A stretch of 64,000 nucleotides of DNA from an uncultured Alphaproteobacteria bacterium. GTDB lineage: Bacteria; Pseudomonadota; Alphaproteobacteria; Sphingomonadales; Sphingomonadaceae. Location of the stretch: positions 651,142 to 715,141 of the forward strand of contig CAVSFG010000006.1 in the NCBI GenBank assembly GCA_963727345.1. Reading direction: 5' to 3'. Numbering within the stretch: the stretch's first letter is position 1; each line of letters opens with the position of its first letter. Of the stretch, positions 20,781 through 29,597 are shown one piece after another. The notes beneath the pieces were generated by a model. That model had not been told where the DNA came from. It saw only the letters and a list, made by a program, of their open reading frames with translations, and ran no database searches. The position numbers were made by a program, and so were the translations under genes.

Positions 20781-22139
20781 ATGACCGCAAGGCCGCTGGC
20801 CGCCGTGATCCTCGCCGCCGGCAAGGGCACGCGGATGAAGTCCGATCTGCACAAGGTGCTGCACCCGATCGCCGGGCGCGCGATGCTCGATCACCTCATG
20901 GGCGTGCTCGAGACGCTGGCGCCGAAGCGCAAGATCGTCGTCGTCGGCGCGGGTCGCGAGCAGGTCCAGAGCCTGGTCGAGGCACGCGGCGGCGAGCTCG
21001 TCGTGCAGCAGCAGCAGCTCGGCACCGCTCATGCGGTGCGGATGGCCGAGGAGAAGCTCGCCGGATTCGCCGGTGACGTGCTCGTTCTCTACGGCGATAC
21101 GCCTCTGATCGAGGCCGAAACCATGGCGCACATGCTTGATCGCCTCCGCGCGCCCGATGCGCCAGCGATCGTCGTGGTCGGCTTTCGGCCGGCCGATCCA
21201 CTCCAATATGGCCGGATCGTCGCCGAGCCGGACGGGACGATCGTCAAGATGGTCGAATATAAGGACGCGAACGAGGCCGAGCGCGCGATCGATCTTTGCA
21301 ATTCCGGGCTGATGGCGGCGCGTGCCGCCGACCTCTTCGCGTTGCTCGCCCGCGTCGACAACGACAATGCGGCGGGCGAATATTATCTCCCGGATGTGGT
21401 TAAGCTCGCCGCCATGGACGGGCGCAGATCGGCGGTGATCGAGGCTGAACCCTGGGAAATGGCGGGGGTCAACAGTCGCGCCGAGCTCGCTTTGGTCGAG
21501 GCCGAATGGCAGCGCCGCCGCCGCCGGGAAGCCATGGCCGACGGCGTCACGCTCGTTGCGCCCGACACGGTCTGGTTCGCGCACGACACCGTGGTGGGCC
21601 GCGACACGTTGATCGAGCCCAATGTCGTGTTCGGCCCCGGCGTCACGATCGGTGAGCGGGTGATCGTCAAGGCGTTCAGCCATATCGAGGGCGCGACGAT
21701 CGCGGCCGGCGCGCAGGTCGGCCCCTATGCGCGGCTTCGTCCCGGCGCGGAGATCGGCGAGGACGCCCGGATCGGCAATTTCGTCGAGGTGAAGAAGGCC
21801 CGGATCGGCAAGGGCGCGAAGGCCAGTCACCTGACCTATCTCGGCGACGCCGATATCGGTGCGGGCGCGAACATCGGCGCCGGCACGATCACCTGCAATT
21901 ATGACGGCTTCCTGAAATATCGCACGGTGATCGGGGAGGGGGCGTTCATCGGCTCGAACAGCGCCCTGGTCGCGCCCGTGACGATCGGTGCCGGCGCAAT
22001 CGTCGGCGCGGGCTCGGTCGTCACCCGCGATGTCGCCGCGGATGCGATTGCGCTTGGCCGCGGCGAGCAGGTCGAGAAGCCGGGTCGCGCCAAGCGATTC
22101 CGGAAAGTGATGGCGGCGAAGAAGAAGGCGCAGACCTAG
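20781..22139 (+). CDS. glmU: Bifunctional GlcNAc-1-P uridyltransferase/acetyltransferase
   Basis: LAAGKGTRMKS, GEYYLPD, GNFVEVK and GAGTITCNYDG. Confidence 0.97.
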   Translation: MTARPLAAVILAAGKGTRMKSDLHKVLHPIAGRAMLDHLMGVLETLAPKRKIVVVGAGREQVQSLVEARGGELVVQQQQLGTAHAVRMAEEKLAGFAGDVLVLYGDTPLIEAETMAHMLDRLRAPDAPAIVVVGFRPADPLQYGRIVAEPDGTIVKMVEYKDANEAERAIDLCNSGLMAARAADLFALLARVDNDNAAGEYYLPDVVKLAAMDGRRSAVIEAEPWEMAGVNSRAELALVEAEWQRRRRREAMADGVTLVAPDTVWFAHDTVVGRDTLIEPNVVFGPGVTIGERVIVKAFSHIEGATIAAGAQVGPYARLRPGAEIGEDARIGNFVEVKKARIGKGAKASHLTYLGDADIGAGANIGAGTITCNYDGFLKYRTVIGEGAFIGSNSALVAPVTIGAGAIVGAGSVVTRDVAADAIALGRGEQVEKPGRAKRFRKVMAAKKKAQT

Positions 22140-22140
22140 T

Positions 22141-23964
22141 ATGTGCGGAATTATCGGGATCGTCGGTACCAGTCAGGCCGCGCCGCGGCTCATGGATGGC
22201 CTCAGACGGCTCGAATATCGCGGTTATGACAGCGCCGGCCTCTGCACCATCGTCGATGGCCGCCTCGAGCGGCGCCGGGCCGAGGGCAAGCTCGACAATC
22301 TCCAGCGCGAGCTCGACACGTCCCCGCTTCCCGGCAATGTCGGCATCGCCCACACCCGCTGGGCGACGCATGGCGCGCCGACTGTCGGCAACGCCCATCC
22401 CCACGTCGTCGGCGCGGTCGCCGTCGTCCACAACGGCATCATCGAGAATTTCCGCGAGTTGCGCGAGGAAATGCAGGCCAAGGGCCGCACGTTCACCAGC
22501 CAGACCGACAGCGAAACCGTCGCTCATCTCGTCGACGACCGGCTCCAGCAGGGCGACGATCCGGAAGCCGCCGTCGCCGCCGTCCTGCCGCGCCTGCACG
22601 GCGCCTTCGCCCTCGCCATCCTGTTCCGCGACCATCCCGGCCTGATCATCGGCGCCCGGCTCGGCGCGCCGCTCACCGTCGGCTACGGCGAGGGTGAGAA
22701 TTATCTCGGCTCGGACGCGCTGGCGCTCGCCGCGCTCACTCGTCGCATCGCCTATCTGGACGAAGGCGACTGGACGGTAATCACCCATAATCAGGTGAAG
22801 GTGTTCGATCGCAACAACCAGGCCGTCGAGCGGCCGATCGTCGATTCCGGCGCCAGCGCGGCGCGGATCGAGAAGGGCAATCACCGCCACTTCATGCAGA
22901 AGGAGATTTTCGAGCAACCGATGGTCGTGGCGCAGACGCTCGGCGCCTATGTCCGTCAGCTCGAGCAGGAAATCGCTCTGCCCCATGCCGATTTCGATTT
23001 CGCGTCGGTGCCGCGGATCGAGATCGTCGCCTGCGGCACCTCTTATTATGCCGGCATGGTCGCGAAATACTGGCTGGAACGCTTCGCCCGGGTGCCGGTC
23101 GAGCTCGATATCGCCAGCGAGTTCCGGTACCGCGATCCGGTGCTCGAGCCGGGCGGCATGGCCCTGTTTGTCAGCCAGTCGGGCGAGACCGCCGACACGC
23201 TCGCCGCGCTTCGCCATGCGCGGGAGAAGGGCCAGAAGATCGCCGTCGTCGTCAACGTGCCGACCAGCTCGATGGCGCGCGAGGCCGACCTGCTGCTGCC
23301 CACCCATGCCGGCCCGGAGATTGGCGTCGCCTCGACCAAGGCTTTCACCTGCCAACTCGCTGTGCTCGCCGCGCTCGCCGCCAAGGTGGCGCGTGACAAG
23401 GACGTGATCAGCGCGGCGGAAGAGCGGGAGATCGTCAAGCATTTGACCGAGGCACCGGCGGCGATGAACGCCGCGCTCGCCCATGACGAGGACATCCAGG
23501 CGCTCGCGCCTGTTATCGCCCAAGCCCGCGACGTCCTCTATCTCGGCCGCGGCCAGGATTATCCGCTGGCGCTGGAAGGGGCATTGAAACTCAAGGAAAT
23601 CAGCTACATCCACGCCGAAGGCTATGCGGCGGGCGAGATGAAGCATGGCCCGATCGCGCTGATCGACGAGAATGTCCCGATCATCGTGATCGCGCCCTCG
23701 GGCCCGCTGTTCGAGAAGACCGTCTCCAACATGCAGGAGGTCCAGGCGCGCGGCGGCAAGGTCGTGCTGATCTCCGACGCGGACGGCATCGCGGCCGCCG
23801 GCGAGGGCGCGATCGCAACCTTGGAAATGCCCAAGGTTCACCCGCTGATCGCGCCGCTCGTCTATGCGGTGCCGGTGCAGTTGCTCGCTTACCATGTCGC
23901 GGTGGCGAAGGGCACGGACGTAGATCAGCCGCGCAATCTGGCGAAGAGCGTGACGGTGGAGTGA
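22141..23964 (+). CDS. glmS: Glutamine--fructose-6-phosphate aminotransferase
   Basis: MCGI N-terminus, HTRWATHG and C-terminal PRNLAKSVTVE. Confidence 0.98.
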   Translation: MCGIIGIVGTSQAAPRLMDGLRRLEYRGYDSAGLCTIVDGRLERRRAEGKLDNLQRELDTSPLPGNVGIAHTRWATHGAPTVGNAHPHVVGAVAVVHNGIIENFRELREEMQAKGRTFTSQTDSETVAHLVDDRLQQGDDPEAAVAAVLPRLHGAFALAILFRDHPGLIIGARLGAPLTVGYGEGENYLGSDALALAALTRRIAYLDEGDWTVITHNQVKVFDRNNQAVERPIVDSGASAARIEKGNHRHFMQKEIFEQPMVVAQTLGAYVRQLEQEIALPHADFDFASVPRIEIVACGTSYYAGMVAKYWLERFARVPVELDIASEFRYRDPVLEPGGMALFVSQSGETADTLAALRHAREKGQKIAVVVNVPTSSMAREADLLLPTHAGPEIGVASTKAFTCQLAVLAALAAKVARDKDVISAAEEREIVKHLTEAPAAMNAALAHDEDIQALAPVIAQARDVLYLGRGQDYPLALEGALKLKEISYIHAEGYAAGEMKHGPIALIDENVPIIVIAPSGPLFEKTVSNMQEVQARGGKVVLISDADGIAAAGEGAIATLEMPKVHPLIAPLVYAVPVQLLAYHVAVAKGTDVDQPRNLAKSVTVE

Positions 23965-24158
23965 TGCTGCTCAATATGATCTTGGGCGGCGCGATCATCG
24001 GTCTTATTGCGCTTGTCGCCGCAGTGCTCATCAGCTCGCGCGCTGACGGACCGAAAGCTGCAAGCAAACGCGAGGGCGGCGGCGATGCCGGAACCGCGGG
24101 ATATGCTGGTGATGCTGGTTGTGACGGTGGAAGCGATGGTGGCGGCGGCTGCGATTAG
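23961..24158 (+). CDS. Small membrane protein with Gly/Asp-rich, Cys-containing tail
   Basis: One TM helix then [16 protein letters not shown]; start overlaps the glmS stop. Confidence 0.5.
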   Translation: MMLLNMILGGAIIGLIALVAAVLISSRADGPKAASKREGGGDAGTAGYAGDAGCDGGSDGGGGCD

Positions 24159-25387
24159 TTGGGCGCGAGATCTTTGAGCGCGACGATCGGATCGGCCAGC
24201 ATTGCCTTGTCTGGGCTCGCATTCGCCAGGATCAGCTTCCGCCCCTGCACATAGTCCTTAACCGCATTGACGCAGTCGAGCGCGATCACCCGGCCGTTGC
24301 GCAGGTAGATCGTCGAGAAGGTACGCGCCGCCGGATCGCCGCGCACGACGATCTCGTCATAGCCTGCCGAGAGGCCGACGGTTTGCAGCTTGAGATCATA
24401 TTGGTTCGACCAGAACCAGGGCACGGCCGAATAGGCTTGCGGACGCCCGAGGATCGCCAGCGCGGCGCAGGTCGCCTGATCGCTGGCGTTCTGAACCGAT
24501 TCCAGCCGCACTCGCATCCCGCCCGCAAAGCCATTCTCATGCGCCGCGCAATCGCCGATCGCATAGATGTCGAGCAGGCTGGTCCGGCAATAGTCATCGA
24601 TATGAACGTCGTTGACGCCGACCGCGCCGGCCGCGAGCAAGGGCGCGACGGACGGATCGATGCCGATCCCGACGATGATCGCGTCGGCGGCGATGCTGTC
24701 GCCATTGGCGAGCCTGACCCCGGTCGCGGCGCCGTTCGCGCCGAGCACTTCCGCCACCGGAGAGGCGAGCCGGACATCCACGCCCTTCGCGCGATGCTCG
24801 GCGGCATAGAAATCGGAGATCGGCGGCCCGGCGACGCGATTGAGCAGCCCGTCGAGCGCCTCGATGACGGTGACGTGCTTGTCCAATGTCCGCAGCACCG
24901 CCGCCGCTTCGAGGCCGATATAACCGCCGCCGACGATCGCGACCCGTTCGATGCCGTCCAGACCGGCGCGAATCCGGTCCACGTCGGCGCGGCGGCGGAT
25001 GACATGAACGCCGCCCAGATCGGCGCCGGGACAGGTCAGCCGGCGCGGCTGGCCGCCCGCCGCCCAGATGAGGGCTCCATAGCCGATCGCCGTGCCGTTC
25101 GCGGTCGTCACTGTCTTCGCGGCCGGATCGAGCGCGACGACCTGCTCGCCGAGCAGCAACTCGATCTGCCGCTCCGCCCAGAATGTCTCCGGCCGGATCA
25201 GCAGCCGCTCGAATTCCTTCTCGCCGGCGAGATATTCCTTGGAGAGCGGCGGCCGCTCGTAGGGCGGATGCGGCTCGTCGGTCAGGATCGCGACACTGCC
25301 GGCGAAGCCATGCTGGCGCAGCGCGATCGCCGCCTGCGCGCCGCCATGGCCGCCGCCGACGATCAGCACATCGAAGCGCCGGCTCAT
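24155..25387 (-). CDS. FAD/NAD(P)-dependent ferredoxin reductase-type oxidoreductase
   Basis: [30 protein letters not shown] and PWFWSNQY. Confidence 0.92.
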   Translation of the reverse strand: MSRRFDVLIVGGGHGGAQAAIALRQHGFAGSVAILTDEPHPPYERPPLSKEYLAGEKEFERLLIRPETFWAERQIELLLGEQVVALDPAAKTVTTANGTAIGYGALIWAAGGQPRRLTCPGADLGGVHVIRRRADVDRIRAGLDGIERVAIVGGGYIGLEAAAVLRTLDKHVTVIEALDGLLNRVAGPPISDFYAAEHRAKGVDVRLASPVAEVLGANGAATGVRLANGDSIAADAIIVGIGIDPSVAPLLAAGAVGVNDVHIDDYCRTSLLDIYAIGDCAAHENGFAGGMRVRLESVQNASDQATCAALAILGRPQAYSAVPWFWSNQYDLKLQTVGLSAGYDEIVVRGDPAARTFSTIYLRNGRVIALDCVNAVKDYVQGRKLILANASPDKAMLADPIVALKDLAPN

Positions 25388-25410
25388 ATCGCCTCCCGGA
25401 AGACCGCCGC

Positions 25411-25487
25411 TGGCGCACCCAAGAGGATTCGAACCTCTGGCCTCTGCCTTCGGAGGGCAGCGCTCTATCCAGCTGAGCTATGGGTGC
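25411..25487 (-). tRNA. tRNA-Arg (CCG)
   Basis: Cloverleaf gcacccatagctcag...ctgcc-CT-CCG-AA-ggcag...ggttcgaatcc...gcgCCA. Confidence 0.96.
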
Positions 25488-25543
25488 ATTCAAGCCGGCG
25501 AGCGGCGCGCTTAGCAAAGGGGGGCGGACCTCGCCAGTCCCGA

Positions 25544-26188
25544 TTATCCGGCCGGCGGCGGCGTCTTCGGCTTGTAGCGGCAAAGATCGGCGACGACGCA
25601 GCGCCAGCATTCGGGCTTGCGGGCCTTGCACACATAACGGCCGTGCAGGATCAGCAGGTGGTGGGCGCTGCGCCGGAAGGGCTGCGGCGTCACCTTGTCG
25701 AGCTTGGCCTCGACCACGTTGACGTCCTTGCCCGGTGCGAGGCCGGTGCGGTTGGCGACGCGGAAGACGTGGGTGTCGACCGCGAAGGTCTCTTCACCGA
25801 AGGCGACATTCATCACCACGTTCGCGGTCTTGCGGCCGACGCCGGGCAGCTTCTGCAGCGCATCGCGATCGGCGGGGACCTCGCCGCCATGGTCGGCGAT
25901 CAGCGCACGGGAGAGGGCGATGACGTTCTTCGCCTTCATATTGAACAGGCCGATCGTCCTGATGTGCCGTTTCAACCCTTCCTCGCCGAGCGCGACCATC
26001 TTCTGAGGCGTGTCGACGGTCTTGAAGAGGTCGCGGGTCGCGACATTCACGCCGGCGTCGGTCGCCTGCGCCGAGAGTACGACCGCGACGAGCAACGTGT
26101 AATCGTTGACGTAATTCAGCTCGGTCTGGGGGTCGGGCGTCCGCTCCGCCAGCCGGCGGTAGAATTCGACGATCTCGTCCTTTTTCAT
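25544..26188 (-). CDS. nth: Endonuclease III
   Basis: LSAQATD, LPGVGRKTANV and the C-x6-C-x2-C-x5-C 4Fe-4S motif. Confidence 0.96.
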   Translation of the reverse strand: MKKDEIVEFYRRLAERTPDPQTELNYVNDYTLLVAVVLSAQATDAGVNVATRDLFKTVDTPQKMVALGEEGLKRHIRTIGLFNMKAKNVIALSRALIADHGGEVPADRDALQKLPGVGRKTANVVMNVAFGEETFAVDTHVFRVANRTGLAPGKDVNVVEAKLDKVTPQPFRRSAHHLLILHGRYVCKARKPECWRCVVADLCRYKPKTPPPAG

Positions 26189-27257
26189 CGCAGCGAGTCC
26201 AGCGCCGCCCCGAGTTGTTCCAGCCCCGCTTCGACGACCTCGGTCGGCTGACCGACGCCGATGCGGAAATGGTCGGAAGCGCCGAAGAAACGCCCGGGGA
26301 CGATCGAGGTATCATAGCGTTCCCGCAGCAGCCGGTTGAGCGCATCGACGTCGCTGCCGATCAGCCGGGGAAAGGCGGTGATGCCGCCGATCATCGGCGC
26401 GCAGTCCAGCTCGTCGCGGCCGGCGAAGAAGGAATTGGCGAGCGCGCGATTTCGGTCGAGCAAGGCGGGTAAAGGCGCGGCGATCTCGTCGAGCCTTTCT
26501 AGTGCGAGCAGCGACAGCCGCTCGGTGGGGTGGGCCTGGGCGACGCCGAACAGTTCGTTCAGCCGCCACATCCGCTCGGCCAGCTCCGGCGCGGCGAGGA
26601 TCCAGCCGCAGCGGAGGCCACTGAGGCCGAAGCATTTGGTCAGACTGGAAGTGACGACGAAACGCTCGCCGAGATGCGCCGCGCTCCGCTGCCCCGGGAC
26701 GGCGGCGTCGAGATAGACCTCGTCGATCAGGACGAAAGCGCCGACCCGCTCGGCAATCGCGCCGATTTCGCGCAGCGTGGCTTCGCTGGCGAGATTGCCG
26801 GTTGGATTGTGCAAATTGGTGAGCAGGATGACGCGCGTTTGCGGCGTCACCGCCGTCGCGACCGCCGCCGGATCGATCGCGAAATCCGGCGCGACGCGGG
26901 CGAACGACCGGATCGTCGCGCCGCAATGGGACGCGGTCGCGACCATCGGCTCATAAGCGGGCGTCTCGGCGACCACCTCATCGCCGGGCGCAATCAGGGC
27001 CGAGAGCGCGAGCATGTTCGCCATCGACGTACCGTCCGCCATCACTACCCGGTCCGGCGTCACATCATGCTTGCGAGCAATCGCTTCGCGCAGCGGCGGG
27101 TAGCGATAGCGGCTCGCGCCATCGAGCTCGAGATCGGCGAAGTCGATCGGAAAGCTGATCGAGCGGAGAAATGCGGCACTTCGGACGAGCCGAGCGCATA
27201 GCGGACCGGCGTCTGGGTCTTCGCCCAGTACATATACTCGGACTGCATCGCCCGCAT
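26185..27257 (-). CDS. PLP-dependent aminotransferase class I/II (frameshifts near N-terminus)
   Basis: NLHNPTG, DEVY and SLTKCFGLSGLRCGW. Confidence 0.87.
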
Positions 27258-28570
27258 CAGGCCGCCTCGCGCCGCTTCAGCCAGAACAGGCAGACGGGAA
27301 TGCCCGCGGCGAGGATCGCGAAGCCGATCGCGCTGTTCGTCGGGTGGGCGGCGACGGTGCCGATCACGGTGATCGCGCAAGCGAGGATGAAGAACCAGGT
27401 CGTGAAGGGATGGCCGGGGGCCTGGAAACTGGCCCGTTCATGATCCCGTGCCCGGAAGACGAGCAGCGCCGCGCCGGTCAGCGCGAACCAGATGAAATCG
27501 ACCGACACGACATAGCTCAAGATTTGCCCATAGGTGCCGGTGAGTGCGATCAGGCAGGCGACCGCGCCCTGCAACAGGATCGCGAGGACCGGGGCATGGG
27601 TGCGTGGGGATACGCTGGCCAGCGCGGGGAAGAACATCCGGTCCTCCGCCATTGCGAAATAGACCCGCGGCGTGGTCAGCATGCCTTGGCTCAGGAACCC
27701 AAGCGCCGAGATCGCCACCCCGAGCGCGATCAGGTTCGCGCCGGTCTCGCCGAGCGCGAGCCGCATCACCGCGCTCGCCGGCGCGCGCGTTTCGGCGAGT
27801 CCCGCCGGCCCAAGCACGGCGACGCAGGTGAAGGCGACGGCGGTGTAGAGGATGACGACGCCGATCACGCCCATCAGCAGGCCGCGCGCCAGATCGCGGC
27901 GCGGGTCGCGCATCTCGGCGGCGACGAAGCTCGCCGTCTGCCAGCCGCCATAAGCGAACATCACCGGCGTCAGCGCCATCAGCAGGCCAGCGGGCTCGAT
28001 CGCGTTCGCCGACGCGGCCGCCGCCGGGAACCAGGGCGCGAGCAGCAGGCCGCACAACACCAAAGCGACGATCGCGCCGATCTTCAGCACCATCAGCACG
28101 CTCTGCACCGTTCCCCCGGCGCGCACGCCGAGGCAGTTGATCGCGGTCAGCAGCGCCAAGGCCGCGACCGCCACCGCCGCGTCGGGCACGCCGAGCGCGG
28201 TCACCTCCAGGAAATAGCGCGCGAAGGTGATCGCCACCGCCGCCATCCCGCCCGACTGGATCACCAGCAGCAGCGACCAGCCATAGAGGAAGGCGGGAAG
28301 CGGCCCGAAGGCGTCGCGCAGATAGGCATATTGGCCGCCCACCTCGGGCCGCCGCGCCGCAAGTTCGGCATAGACGAACGCTCCGGCAATCGCGATCGCG
28401 CCGCCGATCAGCCAGACCCCGACGATCCAGCCTGGGCTCGACACCGCTCGCGCCACCTCGGCCGGGTTGAGGAAGATGCCGGAACCGATGATCCCGCCCA
28501 TGACCAGCATGGTGGCGTCGAACAGGCCGAGCCGGCGGACGAGCTTCCCTTGCGCGGCGGCCTCGCTCAC
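27257..28570 (-). CDS. APC-family amino acid permease
   Basis: GGIIGSGIF and FAYGGW; about 12 TM helices. Confidence 0.9.
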   Translation of the reverse strand: MSEAAAQGKLVRRLGLFDATMLVMGGIIGSGIFLNPAEVARAVSSPGWIVGVWLIGGAIAIAGAFVYAELAARRPEVGGQYAYLRDAFGPLPAFLYGWSLLLVIQSGGMAAVAITFARYFLEVTALGVPDAAVAVAALALLTAINCLGVRAGGTVQSVLMVLKIGAIVALVLCGLLLAPWFPAAAASANAIEPAGLLMALTPVMFAYGGWQTASFVAAEMRDPRRDLARGLLMGVIGVVILYTAVAFTCVAVLGPAGLAETRAPASAVMRLALGETGANLIALGVAISALGFLSQGMLTTPRVYFAMAEDRMFFPALASVSPRTHAPVLAILLQGAVACLIALTGTYGQILSYVVSVDFIWFALTGAALLVFRARDHERASFQAPGHPFTTWFFILACAITVIGTVAAHPTNSAIGFAILAAGIPVCLFWLKRREAA

Positions 28571-29301
28571 AGCCCGAGCACGTCGCCGATCGAATAGCGC
28601 CCCGCGGGCCTGCCGGCGAGCCAGAGCGCCGCCCTCACCGCGCCGGCGGCGAAGATCGCGCGGCTCTCGGCGCGGTGGCCGAGCTCGATCCGCTCGCCCT
28701 CGCTCGCGAGGATGACCTGATGATCGCCCGCCACCGAGCCGCAGCGCAGGCTGGCAAACCCGATCGTGCCATCACCGCGTGCGCCGGTGATGCCGTCGCG
28801 GCCGCGTTCGCTCGCCTCGTCCAGGTTTACGCCGCGTCCCTCCGCCGCGGCCCGGCCGAGCAGCAAAGCCGTGCCGGACGGCGCGTCGACCTTCTGCCGG
28901 TGATGCATCTCGACAATCTCGATGTCCCAGTCCGGCCCTAGCCGTGCCGCCGCCTCGCGGACGAGGTGGGCAAGCAAATTGACGCCGAGCGACATGTTGG
29001 CCGCCTGCAGCACCGGGATGGCCTTCGCGGCCGCGGCGAGCGCCGCTTCATGGTCGGGCCCCAGGCCGGTCGTGCCTATCACTACGCCGATCCCTGCCGC
29101 CCGCGCCGCGTCGAGATGGGCGGCGAGCGCGGCCGGCGCGGAAAAATCGATCAGGACGTCGCTGTCGCGCGCCGCCGCCGTGATATCATCGCCTTGGTCG
29201 GCCTGACCGCCGACGACCGCGTCGTGCCCCGCCGAAATCGCCTCGGCGACCGCCTGGCCCATCCGGCCCGCCGCGCCGAGGATTCCGATCCGTGTCGCCA
29301 T
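28567..29301 (-). CDS. dapB: 4-hydroxy-tetrahydrodipicolinate reductase
   Basis: GAAGRMG, GTTG and EMHHRQKVDAPSGTA. Confidence 0.95.
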   Translation of the reverse strand: MATRIGILGAAGRMGQAVAEAISAGHDAVVGGQADQGDDITAAARDSDVLIDFSAPAALAAHLDAARAAGIGVVIGTTGLGPDHEAALAAAAKAIPVLQAANMSLGVNLLAHLVREAAARLGPDWDIEIVEMHHRQKVDAPSGTALLLGRAAAEGRGVNLDEASERGRDGITGARGDGTIGFASLRCGSVAGDHQVILASEGERIELGHRAESRAIFAAGAVRAALWLAGRPAGRYSIGDVLGL

Positions 29302-29344
29302 CGCCGCTTCATGGGCGACGGCAGCGGCGTCCGCAAGGCTCGGG

Positions 29345-29369
29345 GGAACAGCCATGCGCGCGGGGCGTT
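29345..29369 (+). promoter_or_regulatory. Sigma-EcfG (general stress response) type promoter
   Basis: GGAAC-N16-CGTT, ending 33 bp upstream of ORF 29403. Confidence 0.7.
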
Positions 29370-29402
29370 GCGCCCCGGTAACATTCAGTAGGGAGAGCTG
29401 AA

Positions 29403-29597
29403 ATGGCCGATGAGAAAGAAGTGATCGTCACCAACGACGGTGGCGGCAGCGGCGCCGGCATGATCATCGCGGTCGTGCTGTTGATCGCGGTGCTGGCGGG
29501 CCTGTTCCTGCTCTATCAGAACGGCACGTTCAGCAGCGCCGCGCCGACCGACGTGAAGGCGGACATCAACATCAATCCGCCGGCCAAGACCAACTAG
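29403..29597 (+). CDS. Small single-TM protein
   Basis: 64 aa; RBS gggaga; Gly-rich linker followed by a hydrophobic helix. Confidence 0.7.
   Translation: MADEKEVIVTNDGGGSGAGMIIAVVLLIAVLAGLFLLYQNGTFSSAAPTDVKADININPPAKTN

Noticed and set aside
23920-23990. attTn7 site at the glmS 3' end with a possible Tn7 insertion
   Set aside because: No Tn7 end or tns genes follow; the site appears unoccupied.
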